Positions 25,244-39,065 of a stretch of 64,000 nucleotides of DNA are shown piece by piece (positions within the stretch are counted from its first letter, which is position 1; each line of letters begins with the position of its first letter). The notes below the pieces were generated by a model, which saw only the letters and a program-made list of their open reading frames with translations, was not told where the DNA came from and searched no databases. Position numbers and translations under genes: made by a program. Source of the stretch: Octopus sinensis. Lineage: Eukaryota. Where the stretch lies: contig NC_043005.1 of the NCBI RefSeq assembly GCF_006345805.1, positions 102,424,001-102,488,000 of the forward strand, read 5' to 3'.

Positions 25244-26759
25244 GCCTGAATATATGAACAGACGAATTAATAGAAATAACAATGAAAATGAGTAAACATG
25301 GTTGTGATGATTCATAAATAACTGAATATAAATCGCAAAAGGAACACCTCTGAAACCTTACAAAGTGACACGGATCCCCTAAAATCCACGACATCGGAAT
25401 AACATCCAGAATGTTCAAATTACGCGAAATGAAATGCCTGAACTCATAAACACCTTAATGATCAGATTATAAGATGTAACTAACTGAAATGTTTTTCAGT
25501 TATTGTGGAACGTTCATATTTGGATTCAGCTAAAAGTATAATTTGCAAGGGTGGGGGGAGAGATATGTAATAAAGATTTGATACAATGACGAAACATATA
25601 AGCTATTTTTCCATGATTTGAGTTCATATATTTATGTTTCAAAAATATTTTATTCATTATTTTTATATATAATTTCTAATTATCTTCCACATTCACAATT
25701 TCCGACATGTTTCGACTTGTCAAAATCTTCATAAAATATTCACCGTCAACAAATTCATATGTTTCCATAAAATTGTCATTGTCATCACCATCGACTCATC
25801 ATCGTGGCCATCAACCCCGTCTTCGGCGTCGTCCGTCGTCGTCATCATATCATCATAATCATCATCATCATCATCAACGTTATTTCATCGTCCTACCGAA
25901 GGAAATCAACGTTATTAATATATATATTTGTTTACAAACATGCATATATAAATATAAACGTGTTTCTATATATGTACATATGTATGTGCTCACACAGACA
26001 CACACATATATATATATGCATAAATGTGTGTGTGTGTGCATATACTATAATGTGAAAGGAAATATATTTTAGAAAAAATTGCAATAACAATAGCAATAAC
26101 AACTGCAATATTTATGATGTGGTACTCACATCTTTTCCAGTTGTACTTTACGTTTTTCTTTATTTCATTGTTATTTTTAATGCATATCCACTTTCTACCG
26201 TTGGTTTTCATTGTGGTCGATTTGATTGACATGTTATTCATTTATTCATACAAACTGTCCCTCTATGCATTATTATTTGCAACTAATTTGTCCCCAACGT
26301 CTGAAAAAGGACCCATATGTTCGACTTCTTTTCTTACATATCTGTATATCACTGAAATCACACACACACACACACACATACACACACACGCAGGCACACG
26401 CATATGCGTATATATAAACACACACAAATACACAGCATCACACACAAATGCTCGCGTGTGTGTATGTGACCAACTAAATTATATGTATGTCTGAATACTT
26501 GTTTGTATGGAAGTGTGTCAGAACATAAATGAATGAAAGCAAGAGGATTCTCTTTGAATTGTTTATGTGGTGGCTGTTACGTTGGTCTGCTACCTCTTCT
26601 CAGGTGAGCGAGTGACGCATGAGAAATTGGAGGGCGATTCTAGTAGAAAGCTGTACTTAAATATTTATAATGCATGTATGTAAATATATGTGTATGAATT
26701 TATGTATGTATGCATGTATGCACGTATATAATTATGTATGTTTTTGGCATCCTTTTGTC

Positions 26760-27140
26760 TCAGGAGACAATGGAGTTGCGCATAAACTAATCTTGTCTGG
26801 TTTTTACATTTCATGTCCTCTCCAGTTTCCTCTCCAGTTTTGCGCAGGCCTGGGCTAGATGTAAGAAAATCCTGGGTAGCCCAATCGTCAGGATTCCTCT
26901 CTCGACCTTCTTGACGTAGTCGAAGGGAGTGCAGAACATTAGGTTTGACACCAGCTTGGTTGCAGGAGCTGCCGAAAGAGTGTCGAGTCGAACACTAAAC
27001 TGCCTACGGGGCTCTACTCCGGATTTCTTTCCGTAACCCTGGATTGGGGCCCATACCGAGTACTGTCAGCCAGAGCTAGCTGAGCCCGGGACTCGTGTCA
27101 GGCAGGGTCGTCACTCTCTGAAGTAGTGAAGAAAATCGCT
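26760..27140 (+). mobile_element. Probable RTE-clade LINE 5' region fragment
   Basis: GC-rich block with gtttgacaccagcttggttgcaggagctgccg and tcgaacactaaactgcctacggggctctactccggattt, recalled from memory as resembling RTE 5' regions. No ORF. Confidence 0.4.
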
Positions 27141-27659
27141 ATTCACTACCTATAAGTATGTATGTATTACATACCTTACATACCTATATGTATGTATGTA
27201 TCATGTATGCATTATGTATGTATATATGTATGTATGCATGCATGTATGTATGTATGTGGGGGTGTATAGATGCCACTCTTAGTGCTGGTGGCAACATGTC
27301 ATCCGGTCCAACCTGTGGCATAGCCGATGTGTCGGTAACTAAACTGACAATACCTCCAAGACTTCTTGGTAAGGTGGATTGGTTTTTTGGACACCGAGGA
27401 GAACAAAAAGATGAAATCCTTTCAAAGGGGTCGACGCTCATCCAATTACTGCGAGTGACAGACCGGTAGCCTTTGTTTAAACATCTCTCTTGCAGAATGA
27501 AAATTATGATGCAACATCTAGGACCTCGTTTACATCTAAATCTGTTATTCCTTTCGGAGAATTGCCTACTGTTTAGAGATTGGGCCTGTGCAAGGCCTTT
27601 CTACATTTAGAAAACAAAAAATCTCCAGGTGCGGATATCACTTGACTTTTCACATGTCC

Positions 27660-28381
27660 ATTGTTGTAACATCTACCGTGCAGTTAGATGCTCTTATATT
27701 TGCTACAGGTATGAATGGTTGAATGACCAAATCTCCGCTTCTCTGCTGGTTCCTCAACAGTTACGATGGGATTTTGTTCCGCCAGGGTTTGCAGAATGTC
27801 CTCGTCGAGCTCTACAGATCTTCTAGGACGATACTCGTCTTCTAGACAGTGGTTTCTGGCTCGGAATTTCTGGAACCACTGCTGACACTGGCTTATGCTT
27901 ATTGTCCGATCCCCCTTGTTGCCTTTATTGTACTCATAAAGAAAGATAGGCTGAATATGCTTCTTTGTCACTTCCATTATAGCTTTGGAAAAATAGCTGT
28001 TAAAATCGAACTGCACTCTTCAGAACTTGCACTAAGAATAAGTAATAATGAAAAATTACTACCTGCTTTATAGAAAGTTGATGCAGGTAGTTTATCCCGT
28101 TCCATTCCGACATTTATTCCATGCAATTGAAAACAAAAAAAGCCATCGGAGGACGTAATACTTGCTCATGGTCAATATTTGTATATTTCTTCGTTTAACT
28201 TCTTTATTGTTCTATTTCATTGTCTTCACATCAAAAATAGACACCTACAAACACTTGTCCCTTAATTCAGTTTCTTTGTCTTACAACAATCGTCCGGCAA
28301 GGAGATTTTTTTGGCAGATAGCTTTTCTCAGTTCCAAAATGGAATGTGTACCTTCAAGAAACCAAACCCCCGAAGAATAAT
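27660..28381 (-). mobile_element. Mariner relic (5' end and N-terminal HTH)
   Basis: Minus-strand ORF MEVTKKHIQPIFLYEY.KG...ISQCQQWFQKFRARNHCLEDEYRPRRSVELDEDILQTLAEQNPIVTVEE.AEK..FGHSTI, a Mos1-like HTH region. Confidence 0.85.
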
Positions 28382-28449
28382 ATTGCTATATTTATTAATA
28401 TTTATTATTATTGATACAAGATAACTGTCGCTGGTGAATAATAATATAA

Positions 28450-28872
28450 CTCTTACTCCTTTTACTCTTTTACTTGTTTCAGTCATTTGACTGCGGCCAT
28501 GCTGGAGCACCGCCTTTAGTCGTGCAAATCGACCCCGGGACTTATTCTTTGTAAGCCCAGTACTTATTCTATCGGTCTCTTTTGCCGAACCGCTAAGTGA
28601 CAGGGACGTAAACACACCAGCATCGGTTGCCAAGCAATGCTAGGGGGACAAACACAGACACACAAACACATACACATACATACATATACATATATATACA
28701 TATATACGACAGGCTTCTTTCAGTTTCTGCCTACCAAATCCACTCACAAGGCATTGGTCGGCCCGGGGCTATAGCAGAAGACACTTGCCCAGGATGCCAC
28801 GCAGTGGGACTGAACCCGGAACAATGTGGTTGGTTAGCAAGCTACTTACCACACAGCCACTCCTGCGCCTAT
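28450..28872 (-). mobile_element. Octopus-type tRNA-derived SINE, full length
   Basis: From the aggcgcaggagtggctgtgtgg head to the (gagtaaaa/gagtaa) tail; highly similar to 8085-8478. Confidence 0.9.
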
Positions 28873-29081
28873 ACATAACGTTTTTAATGTCCGGCAAAGC
28901 GCCTATAACCTCATTTTATGATAAATGATAAGTAAAGATAAAGGTTTCTGCTCTCAGTGGGTTTATAAATCCCTGGAATTTAACTCTCCAGAACGTTTTA
29001 TTTCGATGATGGAGCCCATGTGTTTCATGGCCCAGGCTTGATGAGATAACTGTCACCTATCAATTTTTTTCTATGAGATTA

Positions 29082-29602
29082 CAGTATTCCCTCGACTATC
29101 GTGGGTGTTACGTTCCAAACACCTCTCAATAAATGGAAATATGAAAAGTAGAAACAGTAGTGTATATATATATGTTTTTGCAATCTCTATAATTTTTATA
29201 TACTTATTTTATTATAAATAGAAAACAACACCACACACTCACCTCCCGCGTTTCGTTTACCCTACCGTATGTGTGATTCTTTGTTTACTTGTTTACTCAT
29301 CTACGGTACACTACGTATTTTCTTTTAGTATACCTAAATTAATGTGTTATAGAGTGTAGTACTGTACTTCGTTTTTATTCATTAATTTATATATTTTTAG
29401 GCGTGAAAATGCTTATTTTACCAGAGAAATAATCAAAATATAAAACAAAATGAAAATATAAAACAAATATAAATACCTATCGGCGGCAGAAACCTGTGAT
29501 ACACTGAGGAGTCCGCGATATAAATTTACATATATTAGCCAGAAAAACCCGCGACGTACCGAGGGTGCGATAGGTGAACCGCGATATGGCGAATGATTAT
29601 TG
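29082..29602. mobile_element. pogo/Tigger-like MITE
   Basis: TA|cagtattccctcgactatcgtgg ... ccgcgatatggcgaatgattattg|TA; imperfect TIRs with a TA target-site duplication. Confidence 0.65.
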
Positions 29603-30425
29603 TATTTTTGTATGTGTCTATCGTCATCTTGTTTAAAAGAAAGGTTCAGTTCCTGTTCGTTTACAATTTCTATATCCACACAAATGACATGCATTTAACA
29701 AGTTGCATATTATGTATATTGAAAAGAGTGATATAAAAAATAGATAATTGTTTAATTTAATAATTCGGTAGGATAACATAGTAAAATCTACATAAAAAAA
29801 GTTTATCTTTCGGTGACGAGAAATAGAGCATTAGACTATTGCTATGGCGTTCTTTTTGTTCTCTGCGGCAAATGAAGTTTCTTCAGCAAGTATTTGAACT
29901 CAGAACATAGCGGTATGAATGAAAGTATGTTATTAATTTTCTTGAGTTTCTATAATATTCTTCAATTCGTAGAACGTTGACACATTTATTACTTCCTTAT
30001 CACACGGTGGTTACTTCTGAAAGTGACACTTTAGTCAATATATCAAAGGACAGAGATCATCCAAAGGGCCAAATCACAGCGCACCACCTCAAATAAGGAA
30101 AGATATATTTGATTATGTTCCTCCTAGATACGTGCTGTAAAAAATATGTTTTTGCGAACACTTTATACGATAGACTTGCTGGTTGAAAACTAATTTGCAA
30201 CACAAGAATAGAAAAAGAAAAAGAAAGAAAATAACACCACCAACCGCACAACAACATCAGCCGCACAACCGCACAACGTCACAAGAACATAGGCACGAAA
30301 AGAACAATAACTTTCGAAGACGAATCCTGTTCGGCTCACTGCCCAACAATATTTGAGATAACACGTGATTTAAAGTATTTAGCATCATTCACATCTTGGT
30401 TCATTATATCTAAAATTATTAGGGA

Positions 30426-30485
<60 letters not shown>

Positions 30486-30555
30486 ACTCCATTAAATACG
30501 TGAATCTAAACCTCAAGACATATCGTATTAGCTGTGTTCGTGGGCAAGTGCGTTT

Positions 30556-30639
<84 letters not shown>

Positions 30640-30924
30640 GTGTGTGTGTGTATACGAACACACACATACATATATCTACATACATACGTAAATTCACTGC
30701 TCTCTCATATATAGAAACATATACATTATATGAAGCCATATATACATTTTTACTTAACAGAACTGCGCAATAAAACTTGATGCAAAATATGATGGAATTT
30801 GATGAAAATAAAAATAAATTTCTGCTGATATGAAAAGCGAAAATTTAATATATATGTTGCACCAATCTTATCTTCGTTGTTGTTGCTGCTGTTGTTGTTA
30901 CTGTTGCTGTTTTTGTTGTTGTTG

Positions 30925-30983
<59 letters not shown>

Positions 30984-31401
30984 ATTAGTATTCAAAAGCA
31001 GATATACCTTAAGGGCACTGCAAGCATGTGTTTTTCACGCTGGATTGGCTAAGTGACCGTCGAATACACCTTGAAGGAAGTAATAAAAGTGAATACGATA
31101 TGGAACCAGGATATAAAAACACCGCATTATGGCTACTCATGACAAGAATATAGCGTTAAAAAATGAGAAAGGTATCGGAGTTAGCTTTCACTGGGGTTAG
31201 GGGAAAAACGCCTGGAGAGTTTACAAAACCGTTATATAGATTCTGCTTCAAATGATGTTTTTATATCTAAATCTATTTATTATTTTCGATTATGTACAGG
31301 AGGTATACTGCTGAATTTAGTAGATAAATGTACGCTCTGGGGAAAAGTTAAAAAAATGAAATACAGTAGGATGGCTACGATATACAGGATTCTGTAAATG
31401 G

Positions 31402-31432
<31 letters not shown>

Positions 31433-31581
31433 CATACTTACATACATACATAAATACATACATATATATATACATATATATATACATATATACATATATA
31501 CATATATATATATATACATATATACATACATTTATATACATATATACATACAGAAATATATATACATATATACATACTTAC

Positions 31582-31635
<54 letters not shown>

Positions 31636-31689
31636 TATGATATTTTTTATATTTTGCTGGTGTCAGTAAGAGGGTGTGACCATGCTGGA

Positions 31690-32260
31690 GCACCCGCTTT
31701 TAGTGTGTTTTGGCCTCTTTTCCGTATTGCTTTCGATGAAGAAGCGAGTTGGATGGAGTCGCTCATCTTCGTGCTTCCTGCCGCGATATGAGTTTATCTG
31801 TTATTTCATATTGAAAATTGTCAAGGCGCACTTTGAAACCCTTCGCATCTATACCTCACAAATCTCTGAGTTTGCTTGGCAGTATGTTGAGTAGACGTGG
31901 ACCCCTGAATCTCAAACTGTTAAAGTCTTGGGACCTCATTCGAAGTGTAGAGAACGGGATCTTTAGTACAAGACAGTGCTATCCAGTTCGCTCGCCGGTA
32001 CAGCTTCCAGTTCTAAAGTTGGGACCTAGACATTCCAAGATCTTCCTTATGTATATCACTGCATATTTTCACACCTCTGTCGGAAGTAGAACTTTAGTTA
32101 TTCTAGCCTGTGCCAGTATTTCACCCGATTTGCAGGCCCATCCTTCTTTAATTAGTGGCATGCATTGCCTCAAGATCCGCCACCAGTTTGAAAATATGCA
32201 GTCACCACAGTCGGCGGCATTAATCCAGACGATTAAGAACGAAAGTTCTCTGTAGGTGAA
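31690..32260 (-). mobile_element. CR1/L2-like LINE ORF2 3' fragment
   Basis: Minus-strand pieces: KFYFRQRCEKYAVIYIRKILECLGPNF and FNSLRFRGPRLLNILPSKLRDL*GIDAKGFKVRLDNF...ATPSNSLL. Confidence 0.8.
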
Positions 32261-32384
32261 GCACGGTATATTTTTTTAATGGTTCCGAATGATCTCTGCT
32301 CGTCTGCATAGTGTTGCTTGTGCTCCGGCCATAGAATGTTGCATTTTTGCTCATGTGCATATATATGTACCTGTGTGTACGTGT

Positions 32385-32680
32385 GTGTGAAGGTGCATGG
32401 CTTTGTGGTTTGGGTATTGCGCACACGATTGTGAGATCGAGATTTCGACTCTCAGACTCGGCATTGACTTCTTGAGCAAAATACTTCATTTCACGTTGCT
32501 CTGCGATTATCTTGTCACCTAATATGCGTCACGTAGTGGATCTGTGCACGTTAGGCCGGTTTGATGGAGGGAGTGAGCTTATGTGAGCACAAACATTTAA
32601 TCACTATAAAAAAAATCCCAACTGTGTGGTTGTCCAGCAAAAGATTGTAGAACCCTCGTAAGTGGTCTCACAATAGGACA
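32385..32680 (+). mobile_element. Degenerate tRNA-derived SINE
   Basis: Head ggtgcatggctttgtggtt...gagatttcgactctc and core cttgagcaaaatacttcatttcacgttgctc. Confidence 0.55.
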
Positions 32681-32690
32681 GCTTATTATA

Positions 32691-32925
32691 CAGGGTGGGC
32701 CAAAAGTAGTTTTATGGCTATTCAACTATCTCTTTCGCATTTATGTATTAACAGTTCAGATCTTAATAATAAAAAAATATGAAACCAATATTCTATACTA
32801 TTTTAGTTAATTTTGTCAAGCTCCCTATTCAGTTTGTAAGATGGAAATTTAAATGTAATGAAATGTTTCAAAAGAAATTTAAAGTGCTTACGTGATAACT
32901 GTAAACCTACTTTTGGGACACCCTG
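32691..32925. mobile_element. Tc1/mariner-type MITE (235 bp)
   Basis: TA|cagggtgggccaaaagtag ... ctacttttgggacaccctg|TA. Confidence 0.85.
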
Positions 32926-32959
32926 TATATATGTATTGTAATATCGAAGAATTTAAAAA

Positions 32960-33550
32960 GAGACAAAATAGACAGCTTCTGACAGTACGGAAAGTTTAAT
33001 AAAACCTTTATATTTCAGGCGTTAAACGGATCTTCAAAAGAAAAAGAGGATCTCAGAAAAATCCAGTTATATAGGATACGTTAATCCATTCGTACTGTCC
33101 AGAGTTTATGTAACAATAGCAGTCGCTCTCCAAACGTGCGTGTAATCAACGTCCAACGCATTGGTATAAAGAAACAGTGAACACCCAGCTGCTGCTATAA
33201 GCTACTCACCATTTGTAGTATGACGGCCAAATATTAGTCGTAGTAGTGGCAGTCACCTTTTAGGTATTGCCGGCTGTCGGAGAGTTGGTGCAAACGAATT
33301 TTAGCTGCTGTTGTAGGCTGCTATTATAGGAGCCATCGGTTCAGCTCCGATCGACTGTTAATCTTCGGGTTGAAGCGGTGGATCAGCAGAACCTTTTTTG
33401 TAAGTATAAGTAAATTGCTGGTTTAATTCTCAGAGATTAGTCTGAAAGTGTCTATCTCCTTGGTAGTGTTGCCACTTCTGATCAGGTGCTACAGAATGAG
33501 GACGCGTTAATGGTGAGACGCTCCTTAATTCGGACGAGGAGCTGTCGTAC
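32960..33550 (-). mobile_element. Penelope-like element 3' fragment (GIY-YIG C-terminus plus tail)
   Basis: Minus strand [18 protein letters not shown]... and NLLILTKKVLLIHRFNPKINSRSELNRWLL*, truncated at a (TA)n array. Confidence 0.6.
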
Positions 33551-33614
<64 letters not shown>

Positions 33615-33637
33615 ATGTGCATTTATATATATGTATG

Positions 33638-33691
<54 letters not shown>

Positions 33692-33710
33692 ATATATATA
33701 TTCATATATA

Positions 33711-34850
33711 CAGAGGTGGACACCGTTAATCGAAAAGTTAACTACATTAATCGTTAATCTGTTTATCAAAAATCATTACTCTGTTAATTCTTTTGAAAAT
33801 ATAACGGAAGTTAACGGTTATCCGTTAACGTTAACTTTTATTGAAAATAATTGCAGTTAAATGCCCCATCGACTTTGTTGCCTCATAACCTCTTTCGATA
33901 AATATTTCGTACCGTGGTGTGGAATAATTTTTTTCCACTGTTTTTTTTTTCGGATGCATTGAACGTATCTGACCGCCAAACCCGCCGAAAGCCGCTGTTT
34001 TGCCGAAAAGAAAGGTGGGAGAGGTGGAGGAGACCTCAAAGTTTTACCCACCAAGGAGTTTTGTTTCACAGGTCTTTTTCCTTTTCAAGCTTATTTTGCA
34101 TGCTTTCGACGTATGTGACGTCGAAATCACGCGTAAACGGCTCCTTTTTCCAGAAAAGTAAAGATTTGGCTGCTTTTCTAGCATGCTCTGCTACCACGTA
34201 ACAACTATTTGCGTTCACACCGAAATATTTACCAACTTTTTTCCTTCCATTTATTTTTTCCACTTAATGCGAGTCAATATTGCTCTGTTGACATCCACCT
34301 CAGTTAATTTTGCATTTCCCTGAGTTCTGTGCTTTCTGGAAGATAAGCCTTCATATCATCTCAAAGCTAAGTGAATTCACAAACGTTATTTGTTTATTTT
34401 TTTGAAAGATTTCGTAGAGGAGTTATATACAACGGGTTTTGGTCGGTTTAAACACTAAAGCGATAAAAAGTGCCAAAGCTATAAAATTAGCTTTTTTGGC
34501 CTTTTTGTGGGCTTTAGAACCCAAAACTATAGTTTTAAAATTTTTGCTTCAGAGTTAAAAATGCTGATTTTATAGTTTAAAATCGTAAAGGTATTACAAT
34601 AGGCTGAAATATTGACGCGTACACTGTTATATATGCTAAGAAATCTAAAAACAAGACAAAATTTTAAACGTTTACCGGCTTTTATGAAATTTTTAGGTTA
34701 AAGGACTTTGGTTAATGGAAGCTAAATATAATGGAACTTAATTAGTCCGATAATGGTTTTCAAAGTTAGCTTTAAATTTAAATCGTTAGCGAAAATGTTA
34801 ATTTCGTTAATTAACGATTAACGGATTAACTGACTTCGATCCAGATGTTT
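33711..34850 (+). mobile_element. hAT-like non-autonomous DNA transposon
   Basis: Starts cagaggtggacaccgttaatcg, with clustered (c)gttaac/ttaacg subterminal motifs at both ends (33725-33840 and 34785-34830). The right TIR is not intact. Confidence 0.5.
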
Positions 34851-34937
34851 ATAAAAAAAAAATAACAGATGAAAGATAATAATATTGTTTATCAAACAAT
34901 GCTATGAGGATAAAGATAAACGTTCTTTTCTTTGATG

Positions 34938-35935
34938 TTATTCAATAAATCTATCTTCAGCTTCAACAACTGCTTCTATATGAGATCTAAATCCTCTACA
35001 TGCTCGAATCAAGTGGTCTTGCTTCATTTTGGAAATTACTCTGACTATGGCAGGTTTCAAAGAATCTTTGGTGTTCATTGACCTCTCTCTCAACAACGTT
35101 CCACGTGTAATAGTCCAAGTATTGAGATCTGGGGAATTAGGAGACCAAATATTGGGAGTTATGTGTTCATGGAAATTTTCAGCCACCCATTCGTGTGTTA
35201 CTAGAGCCAAGTGTGATAGTGCAGAGTCTTAGTGAAACACATATGACCTTCCATTGCATACCCTGTCTATCCTGGGCTTAACAATTATTTCCAGGACCTC
35301 TATGTAGGTGGCAGAGTTAAATATAAGGCATTGTGGAAAGAAGCAAAGCGGCATCACATGTACTTCATTGCTGACAGCCCCTAAAATCGTGGCAGCTGCA
35401 GCAAATTTTGTATGCTTAACACTTGGAACTCCAGTTTGTTCAAGAGCCTTTTAGAGTTGATGTAGTGATTTTCTTTTGCATTTTCTGACAAATTGATCTT
35501 CTCTCATCATATAAGATACATCTGACGTCTTTGTGGACCACATTTCTGACTGTTACTTCTGACACATGGAGATCTTTTGCAATTAACCTCATGGAGTTTC
35601 TGAGATTGTAATCAATGGTCTGTTGGACGTGCTGGATAAATTCAGATGTTCTGATGATTTCAGAACGTTTAGAATGCTTTTTATGTTTTGATACGTTTCT
35701 TTGGTCTCTAGCTCCTTACAAACTTTGTAGACGAAAGATCAGGCAACGTTCAAAAATCGAGATATTTCTAAATCTCTATTCTCTGCCTTTCTAACCACAA
35801 TAACAGCATGCCTATTCATTTCTTGAGTTAGCTGAGTGTCGGCCATTATTATTTTCTGAATCAAAGATTACACAGAGTTAGCAGAAAATGCCGCAATAAT
35901 CCCCAAAATGTGTGTCCTCAAATAACTTACGCACC

Positions 35936-35938
<3 letters not shown>
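34938..35938 (-). mobile_element. Tc1/maT (DD37D-like) transposon relic
   Basis: TA|cagggtgcgtaagttatttgagg end; ATG at 35846 (MADTQLTQEMNRHAVIV...); C-terminus HEWVAENFHEHITPNIWSPNSPDLN...KDSLKPAIV...LIRACRGFRSHIEAVVEAEDRFIE*. Confidence 0.85.
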
Positions 35939-35974
<36 letters not shown>

Positions 35975-35999
35975 AACAAATTAATAAATAAAAACATAT

Positions 36000-36225
36000 A
36001 CAAATATACATACATATATGTACGTACCTACATCTACATGTATATACACATGCATATATGGGTACAGGACACAAAAACACGTCGAACACAATGAGAAACG
36101 AAAACATAAACACAAAACCAAGGAAATGGATATTTTTCTTAAACAACGAAAAAATAGAATACAGGACATACAACACAAGGAAAATTCCCCTTCTTCGTTC
36201 ACCCCTGTTTCATCTACTCCGCGTA
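36000..36225 (-). repeat. Dispersed short repeat homologous to 3285-3480
   Basis: Shares gtgtcctgtac(t/c)catatatgcatgt..atatacat.tagatgtaggta and the aggggc/tgaaggggaat motifs in opposite orientation. Confidence 0.7.
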
Positions 36226-36227
36226 TA

Positions 36228-36282
<55 letters not shown>

Positions 36283-36300
36283 GTATATATATATATATAA

Positions 36301-36335
<35 letters not shown>

Positions 36336-37049
36336 TATAAATATATATACGCGAGAAAGAAGCACAAGAATGGATAGGTTTTTAGTACAATCGTTTCATA
36401 CAAGGAGGCTTTATTAAAAGTTGCAAAAATTACAGCATATAAACGTGTCCCGTACTCATCAGCTAAAATACATGTGAGTTCTCTAGACATCCATGGTTGA
36501 GGCTATACTCATGAAGTAATGGAGATAATTAAGTAACATAAAACAGATTTCCAGTTCATTAAAGTTCTTTAAGATGATGCACAGTCTTATCACAGAATTT
36601 TAAAAAAGTTTTAATAGCATCACAGAGAAGGTGACCTAATCCAAGTGCCACATATGAATGTCCCGAGATATGAGGAGGGATTACATCCTCACAGACGACA
36701 AATTTATCCATTGTTAATCACAACGATGTGGGTCTCAATTCCTGCTTATTAGCATTACAGAGAGGTGAATTAATCCTTTGTATAGATGCACATTTCCAAT
36801 GGTGTAGTGTAAATTTCCAGAGAAATGAAGAGAATTTCATATTCACAGGCGATAAATTTATCAATGGTTGAACACAATGAGTAGGTATCAATTCTTGTTA
36901 TATGATTAGGTATTTGCCACATTAACACATTACTGCTATTTACAAGAGGCTGTAGCTATTTAACTTTTAAAGGCTGAAGGGCATTCTAGAGAGGCAAAGA
37001 ACAGAAAGGGAAGGGAAGAGAAGAAAATATATAAATATATATCTAATAT

Positions 37050-37081
<32 letters not shown>

Positions 37082-37120
37082 ACATATATATATATATATA
37101 CATAGTATATATATATATAT

Positions 37121-37372
37121 ATGGGACTATCACTCAGGCGCAGATGCACACTGCATCGACAACAGATTGCATTCCCAGAATATAGAATGATACCTTTTAG
37201 TGAGCACATTGAGAAATGCGCAAAGCAACTACTGCCACAATTTTTAATCTTCCCATTTTACCAATGTGCTTTCGGATCATCAACACAAATGAGACTGAAC
37301 AAGGAAACATTCTTCATTGAAAAGTACAAACCCAGACTCAACCATCCGAACATACTGACACAGAGAAATTAA
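37121..37372 (+). mobile_element. Penelope-like element GIY-YIG endonuclease C-terminus
   Basis: GLSLRRRCTLHRQQIAFPEYRMIPFSEHIEKCA...IFPFYQC...RLNKETFFIEKYKPRLN, a PLE endonuclease pattern; 5'-truncated at (TA)n. Confidence 0.8.
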
Positions 37373-37507
37373 CAAGGAAAAGGGAAAAAAAAAAGTTTAA
37401 GCGATTATCTCCCCTACACCGGAAAAATCACTCACTACCTCCCCTTATTTAGAAATCTCCTGGAAATAAAAACAACGATATTCCATGCAATATAAACATA
37501 ACGTCAC

Positions 37508-37547
37508 AAGAAATTTGAAAAGCTACACGCGAAACCGGTAATTTCTT
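37508..37547 (+). ncRNA. Hammerhead-like motif downstream of the PLE ORF
   Basis: 7-bp stem I AAGAAAU/AUUUCUU; core UUGAAAA (two changes from CUGAAGA); stem II GC-UACAC-GC; GAAA; palindromic ACCGGU; GUA triplet. Confidence 0.55.
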
Positions 37548-37684
37548 TAAAATTTTTAAAATTATGTCATTTTAAGGAAAGGAAAAAAAATTTTTCCAAT
37601 ATTCTCCAGACATTTTGACACAATATATATATTTTTTAACATTTAAGCCTTCTGTCGTTTTTTTTTCACTTTACTATTTTCTTA

Positions 37685-37735
<51 letters not shown>

Positions 37736-37741
37736 GTATAT

Positions 37742-38392
37742 GTTAGTTAGTTAGTTAGTTAATTTGGCTCAAAAGCAAATAGCAAGGCCATGTAGGGGGA
37801 CATGGAGTTACGTACAGGGTGGTGTCCATGTAAAGAGTTCAGGCCACTTGAGGTCCAGGGAGGCTTTGAACAAAGCGGTTCGTCGGCATCTTCACCATAT
37901 CGTCTGGCAGCTTGTTCCACGGATCCGCACCCGGACGGAGAAAGCTCCTCTCCTTCGATTCAGATGAAATCGTCGCAGGTAGAGCTTTTCGGAATGACCC
38001 CGCAGCCGACGATCCGGAGCAGGAGTAAAGAACACTCTTTTCGAGAGGTTACACTTCCCGCTTATGATGTTGTGGGCGAGAATGAGATCACCACGGCGGC
38101 GGCGTTTTTCAAGAGAATAAAGGTCGAGCGTCCTCAGCCTTTCTTCGTAGCAAATTTTTGAGACCATGAACCATGCGGGTAGCCAGCCTCTGGAATCTTT
38201 CGAGATGCTGTATGTCTTTGAGAGATAAGAGAAGAGGCTTGAATCCCATACTCCAATATGGGCTCTCACCAGCGTGCCATAGAGTGGTAGGAATATGGCT
38301 GCTGTGAGCATTCCGAATGACCGTCGAATCAAAAACAGAATTCCGCGCGCTTTGTTGGCAGCATGGACGCACTGGGACGAAGGCGAAAAGGA
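37742..38392 (-). mobile_element. CR1-clade LINE 3' end with (CTAA)n tail
   Basis: AANKARGILFLIRRSF...YEERLRTLDLYSLEKRRRRGDLILAHNII...RGHSEKLYLRRFHLNRRRGAFSVRV; (ttag)n at 37742-37760 is the tail. Confidence 0.92.
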
Positions 38393-39065
38393 GGATATAT
38401 ACATATAAATATCGTCCAGAGTTATATTATTAAGGTATTTCACTCAGTTGCAAATTTTCTCTCTTACTAAACATTTTATATTCTTTCTCTCCCCCCCTCT
38501 CTCTCTCTCTACTACCTCTTCAACATAATTTTAAGCAAGTAATTCCCCTCTTGAAATCGTTAAAGTTTTTCTATTTCTTGTCACCTCCCACTTCTACTAA
38601 TCCCATGACAATATGGTAAGGCCTTCTGCTACCTTATTCACTGTGTGATCAGTGGAAGGAGGTATCTCTCCTTCCCCTCCCTTTCTCCCGCTCTCCCTCC
38701 CTCTTTGTCACTCTCACTCAACTCCCTTCTCATTAACAAATTAAAACGTAACGGGTGATCGATCAAACAAGTAGAATTATAATAGAAATATTATTTTAAA
38801 GTAGGATCGGACTGCGAATAAAAATATGATCCTTCCTGACGTTAAACTCAGTAGTGACGTTGTAAATGCTTGACCTCAAAAATGTTTTCTCCCTACGAAC
38901 AGAAATAATGAGCATAGCGATATACAACACCCGCTACCTTCATTGTTTAATGAATAATGAACTGTTCTGGAGGATAATATGAAATAATAAGCTATTGCTT
39001 TTAGTTCTTTCTTTTGTACACATATGATTGCTGTTAGGTGTTTCGGTGTGAAGATATTTGTTGAG

